Assembly (NCBI GenBank): GCA_002633005.1
Contig: NMRA01000845.1
Location: 58,636 to 122,635 of the forward strand
Origin: Phoronis australis
Taxonomy: Eukaryota > Animalia > Phoronida
Reading direction: 5' to 3'
Length of the DNA: 64,000 nucleotides
Shown: positions 26,768-40,902 of the stretch, one piece after another
Position numbering within the stretch: position 1 is the first letter of the stretch
Layout: every line of letters starts with the position of its first letter
Notes under the pieces: generated by a model
The model's database searches: none
Told to the model about the DNA's origin: nothing
The model's input: the letters and a program-made list of their open reading frames with translations, nothing else
Translations under genes and position numbers: made by a program

Positions 26768-29700
26768 CTTTAAGAGAAATTTGCATTTTGCTATCGATTA
26801 CCCTTACAGCGTAATGTAAACATGGCCTGTACTTGTACCTAATTCTTCACCAAACGAGAGCACACGATGCATTTGCTCAACTGGACTCGTGTACAGCGCA
26901 TACAGTACGTGACGTCAGAGCCCATTGACTTCGTATTCTGCCTATGCTGGGAGTATCTATGCTAACTCCGATTTTAACAAAACTCGGAAGGAACTTTTTT
27001 AAAGGCGAGAAGAGTTTCAGTTAAAGAAATGGCACCGAAATACTTTATGTCATGCAAAAGATGAGTTCTTGAAACTGCGACCACTTGGCATTGGACAAAA
27101 CAGTACGCGGCATGCTAAATATCGACTGCCGTCAACTGCCAGCCCCATTGCACTGTGTCAGACTACGCTTTCTATGGGCATTAAGTTCTAAACAGACTCG
27201 GTGGAAACCTGATCAATCGAGATGCTCCAAGTTGCTTTAGAGCTGCACCTCGTTGTCACAGGTTAACACCTGTAGGCAAAATTTTCGAACTGCCCCCTAA
27301 CGTCGCCCTATTTCAACCTTCAGTTGCCATCATGCCGACATTTTCGACTCACCTACCCAAATCATGTTCTTTGGTTGTCACCACTTTCGTCCGACGTAAT
27401 GTCTAGTTTTATAAAGCAATACCTCTGTGGAGGATGGCCTTGGTTTGTGCAGGGTCCTACGAAGTCGCTTAAATTCCAAGAACAATAATCCGGTACTACG
27501 TGGTTGGTAATGTTAACAACTTTTCTCTTGGACTTTTAATATTAAAGTAAACGCAACACATGTTTATGCCCAACACACCACGGCATTTAAAATTGCGTAT
27601 GTCACAACATCGTTGCCCTAGCTACGGGGACACATAAGACCCGGCTGATTTTTACCTGCCAGACAATTTCAGTAAAGGAATGCTTCTGCCGAAACAACAT
27701 TCGCCATAAGGAGCGTGTACAATGATTGAATATAGAACGACGCGCCAAATGGTGGAACAATCATTGCCATTTTCGAAGCCAAAACGGCTAGGGATTACAT
27801 TATATAATATGTGTGAAACGTGGGAGATGTTCGTCCACAAACTTTTCGATGTACACGTGTATGCAAACAAGTTCAGAAATTCTGAGGTTGGCGCGTTCTC
27901 CTGGGCAACACTTAGGGTCTGCTTAAAAAGAATACGATCGAAAAACGCATTTGGGGATTATTTTGGAACGGGATAGACTTCATGAAGTTAATTAGCTTGG
28001 ACCAGATGTATAAAACAACAACATTCGTTTTTTGTGTTTAAATACGCTTAAAATACCATACCGTTGATCAAGTGGGAATTAGTTCCGCCAGTCAAAAAAT
28101 CACTCCAGGGGTCATCTTCCAGATCCTGCTTTAACTTTGCGTATGTGATCATGGTGTGGCTCCGATACAAAAATCACCAATTTTGCGCTTATTGGCCTCT
28201 TAGTTTTTTCCTACAGGCCTTTAAAGGCTTATGGAGGAAATGACACGTTTTTGCATACTGAAAACAGCAATTCTCCAATATAAATAACAGATAAATTGCA
28301 TGCAATGAGAGAAAATTACATAATGGGATCAAGAAGTGGGATATGAGGTCTACCAAATGAAATTGATATTAATGATTTCGCTGCATTCATCACTTGACAG
28401 GGAAGGTAAATCAGTAAGCACTTTTTTGCAGTGTTGAAAGTGGGTATCACTCAAGTGCTTCTATAAGCTAGTTTGCGGGGCTGTGGACATTGAAATATAT
28501 GTTTTGGCTAGATCTTGGCTATGTGATCAAATTTAAAATCTCTTTAATGTTTTTTTTATTTTTTGCTCTAAAAATGCTACAATGTTACGTGTTCTACACT
28601 TTTAAACGAATGTTTTTGTAACTCCGTTACATTTAAAATAATAAGAACAATAATTAATGGGAAGCACAATTTTAGGGACCACAATGTGGTCTGACATATC
28701 GCTACTATCATTTCACCCGGCGTTGAGCTTTACTGACAGTGGGTCAGAGGTTACGCAGGCACAAGTGATGAGTCAAACATAATTGCCTGGTGTCAATACC
28801 CAAAACAGTTGGCGCCTTAGGGACACTTTTTAGGCTGACATGAATAATTCAGGTGATTTTTAGGGAAATGTTCCAATTTGTGCTCCATATCAAGATAATT
28901 AAGCTTTTATTTATAAAAAAGTTCTTTTGAATTAAGGATTCGAGATTGTATGAAGCGGTTGAACCGGAAATTGTTTTTTTCGGTTTGAATACAAAAGCCT
29001 GCATCACAGGAAAGGTGTTGATGTCTGAAATACAAAAGAATTATAAATAACAAAATCGCATGGTAAATTCAAAAGTTATTGCCATTCACTTGTCAAATTT
29101 TTACTAAAAGTGCTTAAGAGTTATTTTCACACATATTCTAGCGGTAAAATTTAGTAACACATATCCTTACCTACTATCCTGTGCAATCCATGAGTTACCA
29201 CCAGAATTCAATCACGAAGGGCTAACGTATGTAGTGGTCATTAAAGTGTTCATAATTCACGTTAGACAACATGGCGACGTTTCTGAACTGAAAGACATGT
29301 TCAACCGGCTACCTTGTCAGCGGTGAAGATTTAACTATCATGCATTTGTAGACACACTGCTACACAAAGCGGTTTTGTACAGTTTGCCGGTGCTTATGCC
29401 CTAACTATTGTGGTTTTTCTATTTCTTTCAATGTGAAGTGCCCATCCAATTGACCTTGCATTCTGCTACGATCTGTTGAAATTGTTTTAAAATCGTTTTT
29501 TGTTTGAAAGCCAACTTCTGTTCAACGGATGATTATGTTTCACAATAGGATACATATGTTTCTAGATTTCATGCATAAAATGTGATTTTGATTCATGTTT
29601 TGCAACTAGTTACTTTCTATTTCAAAATATATCAAAGCAACAATTGTGAACACTCTTATTTGATTTACAGAAATGGGTTACATTTGGATTATAAAGTGTG

Positions 29701-30541
29701 AAGCTTACTTGAATCCTTCTGCCTTATATCTTCATATTATTTATTTTCATGCTTGTCAAATTCTAGAAAAAGTGTAAGGAGGAAGCTTTTATGACGCTCA
29801 GTCGCCATGGTAACAATTGCGCATGTCTACTTTCTTAGTTAACGTGAACTTGGTTCAATCCGTATTGCTAAAAAGTTACTTACTGTGGCAAAAGGCTGTT
29901 ACAGTATGATCATTTTAATTTGCGTATTAATTTGTAATGCCACGTTGCTAAGTGTAAGCCTCAGCTACAATGAAACTTTTGAAACGTGCGTCCAATATTT
30001 TTAAGAGATATCATTTTTATCTCTAGTGGGAGTGTGACAACAAGTGACAACATCAGATTTGGTTAAACAATTAGCATACTGTAAAAGTGACAAAACTCCG
30101 ATTATGTGACTTTTTATCTTTTTATGTAATGACTATCCGGTAATAATGTGAACGTTACTAGGGCACCAGTTAGCAGCTGACGGGGGCCACCGGTTAAATG
30201 TATGAGCGGTTTCCAAAATGGCAAACTGTCACTGGTGTGGCAGTACCAGTTAGACTCATTCGAAAACATGCATGAAAATAATATTAATCTCTGCGGTAAG
30301 AAATGGAAAGAAAAACGATGCTGGACTGCAGCATGTAAACGACGTTTCTATTTTAATCAAAACTCATCCTCAGACACAGAAAACAAAATGTCGTAACAGA
30401 ATTAGATATACATTGAAACTTCGTTCTCAAACATGCATGTGCCATCGTTTCCTCGACGGAAATGTTTTGGCCAAATTTCATGAAATTTCACCAAAAAATC
30501 CGGTTATAGAAACTGCCACCAGGGGGCCAGCAGTAGTCCAG

Positions 30542-31654
30542 TTCCTGGTTGCATGAAACAGTCCCTAAATGTTAGGAATGTTCTTAAGTCTTAGGAACGT
30601 CCCTAAATTTTAGGGACTGTTGCATGAAACATTTCCAGTTAGTTTAAGCAATAAATAGGGACTCAGCTTTTGGGGTTACCTAAAGTAAGTCCCTAAGTTC
30701 AGTCCCTAGCAATAAAATGGCTGATCAAGCTCATGTTGCAGCTGAAGAAAGAATTTTCCGTGACAGAACTCACCCGCTCGAGAGGTATAGCGACAGTGGG
30801 TTCAATGAAAGATTTAGATTTTCAAGGGTTGGGATATTTATGTTAATTAGAAAGCTTGAAGAGAAGCTGCACTTGTCGAATACGAAAGGCGTGATCTCAC
30901 CCACTGAAGTAGTACTTCCATCGTAAACTGAATTTATCGATTACTATAGTGCCACGACTTACCCCAAGTCTCACTTAATGCGCGGGGCAGACGACTTTAA
31001 CAGCGCGTTGGGAAGTGCGGTGACTCCTACCGGAGATTCTGGTATTCTGACCAGTTCGATGTTTTTTAATTTACATTAGCGTGGGCGGCCACAATCGATC
31101 TTCTTCTCACTCAACAGCAGCAGGGGAAGATCCAGGATTTTGAGTTCGGGGGGCCAGGTCACAGGAATAACCAAAATATCGCCACCAGCGCGCGCCCAGC
31201 CTAAAATGAAGGGATGCAGGGGTCTCGAATCTTGGGGTTTGTTGACCTTATTACTAAAAAAAACGGTAAACGGGGTTTGTTCATGGTACCTTGGAGAATT
31301 TTAGGGGGGCCATGCCCCCCTTGCCCACCCCTAAATCCGCCACTGAGCAGTAGAAAACTCAAATTCTCATATAATGCACATTGACTGTGCACTCTACTCA
31401 TGCAATCATTCAAAAGTGGAACAGAGGACGTAAATTCGACAGGTATTCTCTCGTTGATAGCTATTTTTGCCATATTAAGCGACCTTAGCCACGGCTTTGG
31501 GAACTTACTTTGGATTTAGGGCACTCCCAATAAGGACCGAGTGTAGGACCTCCTCATGCAACAGTTCTTAAACAAAATCCTCATAGGGACTACCCTAACT
31601 AGTTTGGGAACTTGGTTAAGTCCCTAATTAGGGAATGTTTCATGCAACCGGGCA
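30542..31654 (+). mobile_element. Non-autonomous PIF/Harbinger element with transposase N-terminal remnant
   Basis: TIR ttcctggttgcatgaaac / gtttcatgcaaccgggca, CAG on both flanks; ORF 30717-30926 RIFRDRTHPLERYSD....RFRFSR resembles the HARBI1-type N-terminus. Confidence 0.85.
31121..31345. mobile_element. hAT-like MITE nested in the Harbinger element
   Basis: caggggaagatccaggatttt ... ctaaatccgccactg; flanks aacagcag / agcagtag look like a diverged 8-bp TSD. Confidence 0.65.
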
Positions 31655-31827
31655 CAGGTATCTAAAAACTGACGTCGACTGATTTGATCACCATATTCAT
31701 GATGCTCTAAATTGTCTCAAGTGAGACCTCTCCATTTGCCTGTCCAATTTTAAGACAGGCTTCAGTTATGTGTCCACATGACTGTCGACATGTTTAAGAA
31801 ATTATTACTTATTACAACAATTCACAA

Positions 31828-31855
31828 GAACAACAACAACAACAACAACAACAAC
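31828..31855. repeat. (AAC)n microsatellite
   Basis: About nine AAC units. Confidence 0.9.
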
Positions 31856-31929
31856 ATAATACATATTATTGGAAATACATTTCCGTCAACACCCGTCCAT
31901 GACATATGTACACTGTATTTGGTCATCTA

Positions 31930-32072
31930 CGCTAGGCGACCACTTAGTCGACCCAAGTGCCGACCATAGAAGCGACTCAGCAGACGGCTCCTAGCCGACC
32001 GTTGTTGGTCGGCTGCTGGTCGGCTAGACGACCGGTCGATGGCAGGTCGTCGATCAATTTCCGACCGGTCGG
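31930..32072. repeat. GC-rich foldback of cgacc/ggtcg motifs (MITE remnant)
   Basis: ctagccgacc...ggtcggctag and several cgacc/ggtcg pairs. Confidence 0.5.
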
Positions 32073-33000
32073 ACAAAACTTCGAGATGTGTGCTGTAGTT
32101 CTTGCCTTTTAAGTGGACTTTTGTCTCGTTTTCTACTTTTTTCCGAGTTTTTGTTTCTCTGAGGATGAACTTTTTGCCCAATTCGCCAAATGGTGGGGTT
32201 TGTTCGAGCCCTCCGAGTCCCCTTAGTGCGCGCATGATGTTCTTACGTGTTGAGATAGAGTGGTATATTCCCTGCCAACATAAATGCTCTTCATAACCTG
32301 ACAAAACTATACACTTTAAAAAGACGCTCCAAAACAGATCTTGTGTATACTCTGGTGGTGTCAAGATGAACGCAACATTCAGCGACGGCACGGCTCTTAT
32401 GACAGTAAAAAATTCAACCACTGAATAGCCAAGAGAAGTTTAAACGGGCAAGCTTGATTCAGGGCTTCCGTTGCGGTGCACTAAAGTTGGACTACTACGG
32501 CCTGTTCCACTATTTTTGCACAGAGTCTAAACGGAGACTTTCGCCAAAGCTTGCGACTGGCTTTCTCAAAAGTCTCTGTTTAGCTTCCACGTAAACAACA
32601 TGCTAATGTTAAGACATTTTGATGAAACAGGTCCCAGTCTGTCTTCGTTGTTTATATCAAATCTCCGGCCATATACTCAACGAAATCATGTAAGAACACC
32701 AATATTCCCTGGTTCTTTTCACTAAAACCTTTAGTTTTATTTACAACAAACTCATTTCCAAAGATCTACACAGATCGTGAGCATCATGAGTTCGCCTTTT
32801 CGTCTCATCTGCATATGTTGGGAGGAAGGTCCCTGTTAGCTAAAACGCACTACGACTGTTGAATCACCAGATGGACCGCAGCGTTTCCTGTCTACATGTA
32901 CCACAAAACATCTGAAAGCAAATAACGATATTGCGTAAACGTGCTTCTAACAGCAGTTTACAGAAAAGAAGAATGGGTGTTGTTCAACAATACCAAATCT

Positions 33001-33073
33001 GAACGGTTAGTTGAGTTTGTGAGCGATCGTGCTAATAGCGAGAATGTCTTGGGTTCGAACCCCACACTGGCCA
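33001..33073 (+). pseudogene. tRNA-Ile(AAT)-derived pseudogene or SINE head
   Basis: gaacggttagttgagtttgtgagcgatcgtgctAATagcgagaatgtcttgggttcgaaccccacactggcca is colinear with eukaryotic tRNA-Ile(AAT). Acceptor and D stems are mismatched; a T-run follows ~10 nt downstream. Confidence 0.7.
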
Positions 33074-33702
33074 CAACAGTCGATTTTTTGCTTGCATAGA
33101 ATATGTGTACATCGCCTTGTTGATCAATGTTCTAGTTTGTTTTCTAATTGGTTGTCACAGCAGGTCAGTTAGCTCGGTGACACTTTCTGTTTGACGTGAT
33201 CGCAGTTCATTGAAACTAAATGTGCTTTGTCAATATTTTGTAATGTTGAGCCGTTTTACGGAGCCCACACGCAACAAAACTAAAATTGTTTCTACTACAA
33301 CGTGTTTGAATATCATAAAATTGAATCTAATAAAATAGGACAATATGGCAAAAATGTGAGTCAAATTGATTCTTTTCGTTCTCTCGTGCCACCTACATGT
33401 ATCCAACTAAACTTCTGTCAAACTATTACGAATTTACTCGACGTGTTATTGTACCTCATGACAGTGTTACCTCACACATGACAAACGACAATGTAAAGCA
33501 AGCTTGGAGTTGAAATTTGAAGCTTCAGATTCCTTCGTGCTGTAAAGGTTAGTATTTTTCCTCTAAACAATACACAATTAATAACCTTCTGGTATAACTA
33601 AACATTTTCAAACGACGCTCGATAACAAATCTGATGTGTACTCTGATTTTTTCAAGATCGACGTGACATTCAGAAGCTGCATGACTCAAATGCACCCTTC
33701 TG

Positions 33703-34135
33703 TGCCCGGTTGCATGAAACAGTCCCAAATAGGGACTCAGCTAAATTCCCCAAATCTTTTACGTACTTGTTTCATTCTTTAGGCACAGATGTAATATTTT
33801 TTCTATAGTTTTAACTTTATTGTGAGTTCTCCTTTGACTAATGTCATTTTCTAGTATTATTACTAAAAATGAACCCTTAATTCAATCAAAATAATTAGGG
33901 ACTTAGTCCTTAAATTGGGGACGTTGCATGAAAAGATCCCTATTTATTTTCAATAATATTGAGAATTCAATCTAGAGTTCTCTCTCGACTTTTATTAAAG
34001 TTAAAAATGGGCATACTAATGATACTCAAACTGCATAAAATAGGACCAGCAGTGTTTTCACAAGCCCGCAAATACGCAGTATATTTAGAAAACCTAGTTA
34101 ACTCCCTATTTGGGACTGTGCCATCCAACCAGCCA
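33703..34135. mobile_element. Harbinger MITE of the same family as 30542-31654
   Basis: Left TIR tgcccggttgcatgaaacagtccc; decayed right TIR gggactgtgccatccaaccagcca; CTG on both flanks. Confidence 0.75.
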
Positions 34136-34611
34136 CTGGGGCTTCGTCCCTAAAATGTCGGAACTTTATTCAGAGTTCAAACGGAAACTCGCCAAGACAT
34201 AGGTCTACCACTGACCAAGTCATAAGCCTCCATTCTGGTAGATACATTTTGATGAAAACGGTCCCAGATTGTTTTTGTAGTGCTTATGTCTAATTTACAG
34301 ACATTTTTGTATCAAGGACATTATCAGAACACCTTTTTTTCTCTTCTATATCGTGGGGGGACTTTTTGTTGAAAGCAAGTACATGCACGTAGATAACGAT
34401 TATAAAGACATAGTAGATTGTCAGTGCATTGGAAATTCACAAGAATTCAGCAACTGAAACGTGTGCAGAGAAATCTGATTTTGGCCATCAACATATTTGC
34501 ACCAAAGCCGTGGTTATATCGTATTTGTTGACATCGAAAATATTTCCAGAAATCTGTACCTCGACAGCATCATGGCTTATACTTTTCTTCTCGTTTGCAT
34601 ATTGAGACTTT

Positions 34612-37600
34612 TAGTCTAGACGCATTTCTGAAAAATGTGCATGTTAGAGGCATTTTTTAGTAAAAGTGGAGAACCTAACTTTTTAGCATAATTATGGTGT
34701 GCTGATTTCGATTATGCCTGTTCCCAAGCTGGATTTTGAGTTTTTGACCATCTAATTTGCATAAACAAAATGGCCGCCAAATCAACAAGATCAGAAACAT
34801 TCGTGGGACCAGGAGTACAATATGTGACGAATAATTAGGAAATGTGTGCTACAAAAACATAGTATAAGTGTGTTTAGATCACTTAATTTTGAGAACATAT
34901 TAATGAACGTCATTAAATTCCCCAAGTATGCTAATTAGCTTCCGCCATTACCGAAAAATTCAAATATTGGTGTAACTTTATCAATTTGCAGGCAAACATG
35001 ACAAATAAAGTGTCTATACCTATGTTTTGAAGGTCTAGAAAAATCATTATGACACATGTNNNNNNNNNNNNNNNNNNNNNNNNNNNNNNNNNNNNNNNNN
35101 NNNNNNNNNNNNNNNNNNNNNNNNNNNNNNNNNNNNNNNNNNNNNNNNNNNNNNNNNNNNNNNNNNNNNNNNNNNNNNNNNNNNNNNNNNNNNNNNNNNN
35201 NNNNNNNNNNNNNNNNNNNNNNNNNNNNNNNNNNNNNNNNNNNNNNNNNNNNNNNNNNNNNNNNNNNNNNNNNNNNNNNNNNNNNNNNNNNNNNNNNNNN
35301 NNNNNNNNNNNNNNNNNNNNNNNNNNNNNNNNNNNNNNNNNNNNNNNNNNNNNNNNNNNNNNNNNNNNNNNNNNNNNNNNNNNNNNNNNNNNNNNNNNNN
35401 NNNNNNNNNNNNNNNNNNNCAGGAAATTTTATAGTCAAGCGATCTCCTCATATGCTCTGTCAGGTAGGTTCTGACCAATGGGTAAATGGGACAGGCAAAA
35501 CGGAGGTGGCATCATCGGTAATACCAAAACCACGTCAGCTCTATGGAGGTGGACACTCTCATTGCATCTGAGATATCATATAGCTGAACAAACTTACCGC
35601 TGTGGGAGTACATAGTTTCACAACGAAGCCACGAAAGCCAGGAAACTGTGCGAAAATAATGTCGAGAGTTCCCTTTTTTACACTTTCCATGAATTGAAGG
35701 TCTTCTCGTCCGTAAGGCCTTAGCTGCTACAAACCCTTTCAACAAAAGACCTAGAGCAACAGCACCAATCCAAGAGTCACTTTTGCATACCAAGGAACTT
35801 GGACACAAACAAATTAAGAAATTTGTTCAAGACAGATTATATTGAGCAATGCGATAATTCAGACATGTCAATTCATGCACCTATGCGCAAAAATAATGCC
35901 CCAACATTTGCCAACTTATATGATGTGGTGAAACAAACCAAAGATAAAGATAAAGATAAGAAAATAGTTCTTAAGGCAGACAGGGATATACTTGGCTGTC
36001 TAGCTACGGCTTATGAGGCGGGTCGGCCAGTTGATTTGGCGTCTGTGCTCAAACGCGAGCTTCTTCCAGTCCATGTTGTCTTGCAGAAACGAGTAGCACA
36101 TTGTGCACTGGATATAAATCTTCACTTGTCGAAGTATTAATAGCTACCACGTCGACTGTCCTGAAACAATTCAGCTTCATGACACGTCCGCTTGCCTCAT
36201 TATTGATATCGATGCATTGCTGGTAACTCTTGGGAAGCCTGATGGTGATGTGACCTTCGATAATCTGGCTGATTCATTCATGAAAACAGTGCTAAAAACA
36301 GGATTTCGATATCATAAAATTGATATTGTATTTGACAGATACAGACAAGAAACAATGAAGGACACAACAAGAAAACAACGCAGTAAAGGAACACGGCAAA
36401 TCAGGTGATTTTTGGAAGGCCGTGATGTACCTCTTCCTCAAAACTGGTCAAATTTTCGGCTGAGAATAAAGCAGACCTAGCACATTTCTTGTCAGAGGAA
36501 CTGTGTTTGTAGACACCTGAAGATAAAGAGGTTATGGTTGCAGGAGGTTCAAAGATGAGCTGGAAGTCAAATCATCTAAGGATATGACTGATTTGAGGAC
36601 TCTGAAATTCACACATGACGAAGCAGATGCAAGACTGGTACTGCATGCTGTCCACAGTCAGCCGTGTTTTCCAGGGACACCCGATGTTCTACTGCTTCTG
36701 GTATCGCACTTCCAACAAATGCAATGTGAGCATATCTGACTGATGTCATATATACCTATTGAAGCACTTTTCAACAAACTACTACGAGACTCAGCAACAT
36801 CCTTGTTTGCTTTTCATGCCGTCACCGGGTTTGGCACCAACTCGTACTTTGCCAATCACATGAAACAATCATCATGGAAGGTGTTCCTAGAGTATCACAG
36901 TTGGCTTAAGAACCTCGGCATTGGTGAACTCACTGAGAAAATTACAATGGCTTCAGAAGTATTTGTCTGCAGAATATACAACACGACCAGAACAGACCTG
37001 TAGATGTAGCACGCCATTTACTATTCTCCAAGCCCGTGAACCCAGAAGTCCTTCCCCCAACGCATAATGCCTGCCGTTTCCATCTGATGATAGTGCACTA
37101 TCAGGTCAAGGTATGGCAAAATGATCATTGTTCCATACCTGAGCTCCCAGTACCCTCTGATATGGGAGGGACACACACAAACTTATGCTTGCAGCCCATG
37201 CTGATGACACAGAGTAAAATCCCAGATAGCTTAAAGAGATGGTATTGTGTGCATGTCAGAAACAACGCAACAGTAGACAATGCAGATGCAAGAAATCTGG
37301 ATTTCGATGTATATCATTATGGACATGCCAGCAGCACATTCATGATCACATTCCTTGTATGCAAACAGTTTGATATGCCTGGCTTCAGGCATGTTAAAAA
37401 GTACCAAAAAGGGAACACTAAAACTGTGTTCAACAGGCCTGAAAACAATTCATGCAACAGAAAATCTAATGTCCTCAATAGCAATAACTAAATTGTTTTT
37501 TATGAATGGAAGATAACGGGATAATGTGAACATTTGTATATTCCGTCAAAATAGTGTCACCTTGCTTAACGAGCATTGCAGATTAACGACTATTTTTTCC

Positions 37601-38109
37601 TCATTCTGTAAGTATACATCTATAACCCAATAAATATGAAATAAATTGCTCCAAAAATGTCTTTAGCATGTTTGTTGACCATGAAAATATAAGTATTAAC
37701 ACCTCATTTTTCAAGTTAGCCTGCAGGAGCACAAACTTATGACTCAAATTACATTGTATGGTAATGGCGGCACCTAATTTGCATAATTAGTTTTTAGAAA
37801 TGCATTTTTTAGTTTTCATAAGTGATCTATTGCTCAAGAAGTATTTATAAGAAGTGTACAGGTGAGACTTTTCACCATTTTTAATGGTATATTGTGATTT
37901 CTATTACAAAAATACATCTGAACTTGACAATAACCGGCGGTAAAACAAATACGATTAATCTACCAGTTTTTACGTTTTAAGCCGAACCCTTGTCCCTTAG
38001 TTGAATTTGCCATGCCTTGATTGTGTGAAAAAGTCTTGTTCCCAACTTTTACTAAAAAATGCTTCTAGAACCTTATACAGGGCTCTCTTCAGGAAATGCG
38101 TCTAGACTA
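34612..38109 (+). mobile_element. Academ (XPG-nuclease type) DNA transposon with both ends, coding region decayed
   Basis: TIRs TAGTCTAGACGCATTTC... / ...GAAATGCGTCTAGACTA with 3-bp TTT on both flanks. Broken ORF 35420-37340 has VLKRELLPV, IDIVFDRY, THDEADARLVLHA, FHAVTG.GTNSYF, LPPT....FHL...HYQ..VW and a C-terminal Cys-rich CAC..CRC.K...C. Confidence 0.87.
35060..35419. other. Assembly gap (N run)
   Basis: Run of N. Confidence 0.99.
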
Positions 38110-38530
38110 TTTCCCTATAGCCAAAGCTCGCCCGTTCTTGCCGCCAGCTGTATGTGTAACTGTTGAACAAAGTAGAAGAGTTAGCCCGGTGACACATCCA
38201 GCCGATTTTATAAAGGTGCTTTAACAAAACCATGTTTAAGACTTAAGGCTGGTCTTTCGAAACCTGGTGTAATTTTAGACCTAATTCGCCTTTCACCAAC
38301 GTGGTTCAAAAGTCTGACAAAGAAGTGGGTGTAGCAAAACCAGGTTTAAAGTATCCAAGCCATTATACTGTTTTGAGCTGGATTAACCCAACAAAGAAAC
38401 TATTGCTGCCGATTTCATAAAGGTGGTTTGACAAAACCAGGTTTAAGACTTAAACCTGGTCTTCCTACACCCGGTCTAAATTTATACCAATTAGCATTTC
38501 ACCAACGTGGTTTAAAAGTCTGAAAGCCTG

Positions 38531-38682
38531 GCGTGCGTTCAGTAGACGCTAGGACCTACGCTAGGACCTAGCTAAAACCTAGTCAAAGTCTCGTGTTCTC
38601 ATTTAAAACACACGGTAATTTCTCACGTAATCTCGCGAAGTCTTGCTTTTTAGCGAGGTCCCAGCGTTACTGAACGGGAGGC
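38531..38682. mobile_element. Small MITE nested in the cluster
   Basis: cgttcagtagacgctaggacc / ggtcccagcgttactgaacg inverted ends. Confidence 0.6.
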
Positions 38683-39190
38683 TGGTTTTGTTAGACCAGG
38701 CAGCCGGTTTAGTGAAACCTGGTTTAAAGTGTCTAAGCTACCCTGCTGTGTCGATCTGGATTAACCCAACAAATAAACTATTGAAGTGCTTCAATAAAAA
38801 AATGATCACGTGGGTATGCAATGGTACACACTAGTAGAATCATTGCAGACATTTGCGAAAAAGATGTAACAGCTTTTCTCATGAGGAAAAATGTAATGTG
38901 TGTGACCAACACACGTATACACACATTAAAGTACATGCTCACGATTAGCAGTAATATCATAAATGTCCAAATTTATTTCCGTGCCATTTTAGTGTTTATT
39001 TTTCGAGGCCAAAGGGGGGCAAGACCCCTTCCCTTCAACATTAAATCGGAGTCCAATGGAGCTGGAACTCAGAAGAATCAGAAAATGCTGTCTTCAGTCA
39101 AACCCGTAGCGCTTATAACGACGACGCCCTGCTCGACCAGACGTATTCTGAAGAATCTGCAGGACACTATCCAGCACGAATTAATCTACA

Positions 39191-39344
39191 CATAGGCGGA
39201 TCCAAGGGTGTCAAGGGGTCCGGACTTCCTTTTTGCTTGATTTAGTGAGATCAAATCTACAATTTTCAAATTGTTGACTTGGTCCCCCTTTTTCAAAAGT
39301 CTTTGACCTACCCCTTCTCCTTAATAGTCGTGGATCCGCCCCTG
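39191..39344. mobile_element. hAT-like MITE
   Basis: cataggcggatcca / tggatccgcccctg termini. Confidence 0.65.
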
Positions 39345-39515
39345 CTACGTTTGATCTTGTGTCGTTGTAAAACTGAATATTGAAAATAGTCCATTTTCTC
39401 TCTAAAACTGCGTCGTAAATGCACACCGCGGCCTCATTCAGTTGCCCCTATATCATGCAAGTCTGTCATATTTAACAATTAAACCTAGGTCAGACCAAGT
39501 CTAAAGTTAAACCTG

Positions 39516-40902
39516 GGCCCGGTCTCCAATCTCCGTACTCAGACTCATACTCATACTCGAGATTTCATACTCAAAATCGTGCTCACTGGAGTCGTACTCA
39601 AAAAAGCGTATCTAATGTCGTATTTCGAGTAGACTCCAAACGTACTCAAATCTGACTCTCATACTCGAGTTGCTATGGAACTCTTTATGATGTGAAATGC
39701 AAAATCACGCAAAGCCGCGCTGATTCATCGCTCCCTATTGGAATAGACCACCCCAAGAACTAGGCCTACATTATCGTCTGCTGTCGCTACAACTACAAGA
39801 GTATGTCTATAACGTGGAATTCTGAGTGTTCTGTAACTGTTATTCATTTTTTTGTTTCAATAAATATTCTTATGCCATTTCTTTGATACATTTGGCAATT
39901 ATTAAGCTTTACTTCTTGAGTTCCTCACCCAGTCCCGAAAATGTCTTAAGAAATATGTAACAGCTTATCACATCACATCTCTGTTGCTAATTTAGTCTTG
40001 ACATAAAACCCATTGCTGTGTAGGCCTACGCTGATGTCAAACTTTGATACTGTATCTTTGTATTTTACCGGGATGTATCAAGTGAGTTGACATTTGGCAC
40101 GTGAGTTAAAAAACAATACTTGTGCAGGCATTCAGAGTTCACCAGTGGCAGTGAACGGGACGAGACGTCTACTTAGAAATCGGCAAACAAAATCTGGAAT
40201 TCCATTTGGGGATTGAGGAATTATAGATGACTAAGTTATGATGAGAAATGTACCTGACAGGGAAGCGAACTTTTTTTAACTTCCCTCCCCTCCTCGTCTT
40301 TTGGAAACCCTACAAAACGTAGGCACACATACCGAAATAAGGGCAGCACAAACTTCTCACACGACTTTTCCCACAACTGCTTTCGACGCTTGTTATGACT
40401 CGCCGACAAGGGATTACAATGCGCCTGTTGCCAGGAATTGTAGAGGTAGAATGGCGGCCATAACATACAGTGATACGGCGGGTTAATAAGGTGAAGAATA
40501 AGAAGATTTAAGATGAAAACTATTATCTCTGAACTGAAATTGAAGTGCTGAGATACGGTAAGAGGACTTATTTTTTTAGATTTGCTGTGTTTCTTGGTTC
40601 CCTTTCGATATTTTGTTCTCTGGCTCGTATTTATTTTCGAGTACGATTTCAAGCACACTGCCATACCAAACTTGAAATTTGAGCATAGACTCCGAATTTT
40701 TACTCAAAATCGTACTCGAAATATAGATGAGATACACTTCAGTTCGAGTACACTCGAAAACTGAGTACGTGCTCGAAATTTCGAGTACAGATTTTTCGAG
40801 TATGACATTGAATACACCAAAGCTGAGTCTGTACTCGAGTTGAGTATGAAGTGTGAGTTTGAGCATGATTCGAGTCTGAGTACGAAGATTGGAGACCGGG
40901 CC
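39516..40902. mobile_element. Harbinger-type MITE with long TIRs and actc/gagt subrepeats
   Basis: ggcccggtctccaatctccgtactcagactc / gagtctgagtacgaagattggagaccgggcc; CTG/CAG flanks; inserted in an aaacctggtct motif of the host MITE. Confidence 0.85.

Noticed and set aside
34935-35571. Long ORFs with X runs
   Set aside because: Artefacts of the N gap.
40236-40866. ORFs of 96-142 aa
   Set aside because: Lie within a MITE and its sub-repeats; no transposase or other motif recognised.
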